From Anaeramoeba ignava BMAN (taxonomy: Eukaryota; Protista; Anaeramoebae): 64,000 nt of DNA. This document shows, piece after piece, positions 63,534-64,000 of the stretch. Position 1 is the first letter of the stretch; each line of letters starts with the position of its first letter. The notes beneath the pieces were generated by a model. That model searched no databases and was not told where the DNA came from. It worked only from the letters and a program-made list of their open reading frames with translations. The position numbers and the translations under genes are program-made. The stretch spans positions 62,001 to 126,000 of the forward strand of contig JAPDFW010000118.1 in assembly GCA_028826165.1 (NCBI GenBank), given 5' to 3'.

Positions 63534-64000
63534 TTAAAAATCATCTTCAACTCTTGTGAAAGGAATAATTGAATGTTCTTCAAATTCACCTCTTCCACAA
63601 CAACCTTTAGCCATAGAACGCATTCCACCAGTGATATTTTTAACGTTATTGAATCCATGTTGACGAAGAACTCTCAAAGCAAAATAACCTCTTTGACCAG
63701 CAAGACAATGAACAATGACTTCTTTATTCTTATCAATTTTATGCATATTTTCTCTGAATTTGTTTTCGAAATCAACTAACAAAGCATCAGGAAGATGAGA
63801 GATTTGATATTCTTCAGGAGTTCGAACATCGATAACTTGAATATTTTCTTTGTTTTTCTTCATTTTTTCTTTGAAGTCATCAAGTGTGATATTTGTTGAT
63901 TCTCCTCGAATATGATTAGCAGCAACCATTCCAATTTGGTTGACACATTCTTTTGCTTTTCCGAATTGAGGTGAATAACAAAGATCGAGATCTTCAAGAT
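63534..64000 (-). CDS. C-terminus of CoA-disulfide reductase-rhodanese fusion (Npsr/CDR-RHD-like); 5' part outside the window
   Basis: LEDLDLCYSPQFGKAKECVNQIGMVAAN (dimerisation domain) followed by rhodanese IDVRTPEEY...HLPDA...HCLAGQRG...NITGG. Confidence 0.85.
   Translation of the reverse strand, partial: LEDLDLCYSPQFGKAKECVNQIGMVAANHIRGESTNITLDDFKEKMKKNKENIQVIDVRTPEEYQISHLPDALLVDFENKFRENMHKIDKNKEVIVHCLAGQRGYFALRVLRQHGFNNVKNITGGMRSMAKGCCGRGEFEEHSIIPFTRVEDDF

Overview
Very AT-rich, intron-rich eukaryotic DNA. The Trichomonas-type malic enzyme, RCC1-BTB/ANK-BTB proteins and QN-repeat proteins suggest an anaerobic metamonad such as Anaeramoeba (inference). About 16 protein-coding genes were reconstructed by hand: 26/29-kDa cathepsin, 14-3-3, GRL/7TM-ion-channel-like protein, LRR protein, ARF, BEACH-WD40, TALE homeobox, UBA-ANK-pseudokinase, ANK-BTB, RCC1-BTB, INTS7, AGC kinase, CH plus tandem PH-like protein, formate/nitrite transporter, malic enzyme, GNAT and CoA-disulfide reductase-rhodanese. 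The main discovery is in the apparently ORF-poor stretch 30.7-40.5 kb. It is one minus-strand ankyrin-repeat/BTB gene of about 86 exons. Each ankyrin repeat is a ~93-117 nt phase-0 exon, and the two variable beta-hairpin residues of the D/N-x-x-G motif are supplied by separate single-codon (3-nt) or 6-nt microexons (53 found), each flanked by AG and GT. A 6-nt microexon encoding the conserved Ile-Pro of malic enzyme is independent evidence that this organism splices such tiny exons. Scattered single-base frameshifts in homopolymers look like assembly errors. All gene models are by-eye predictions without transcript data.
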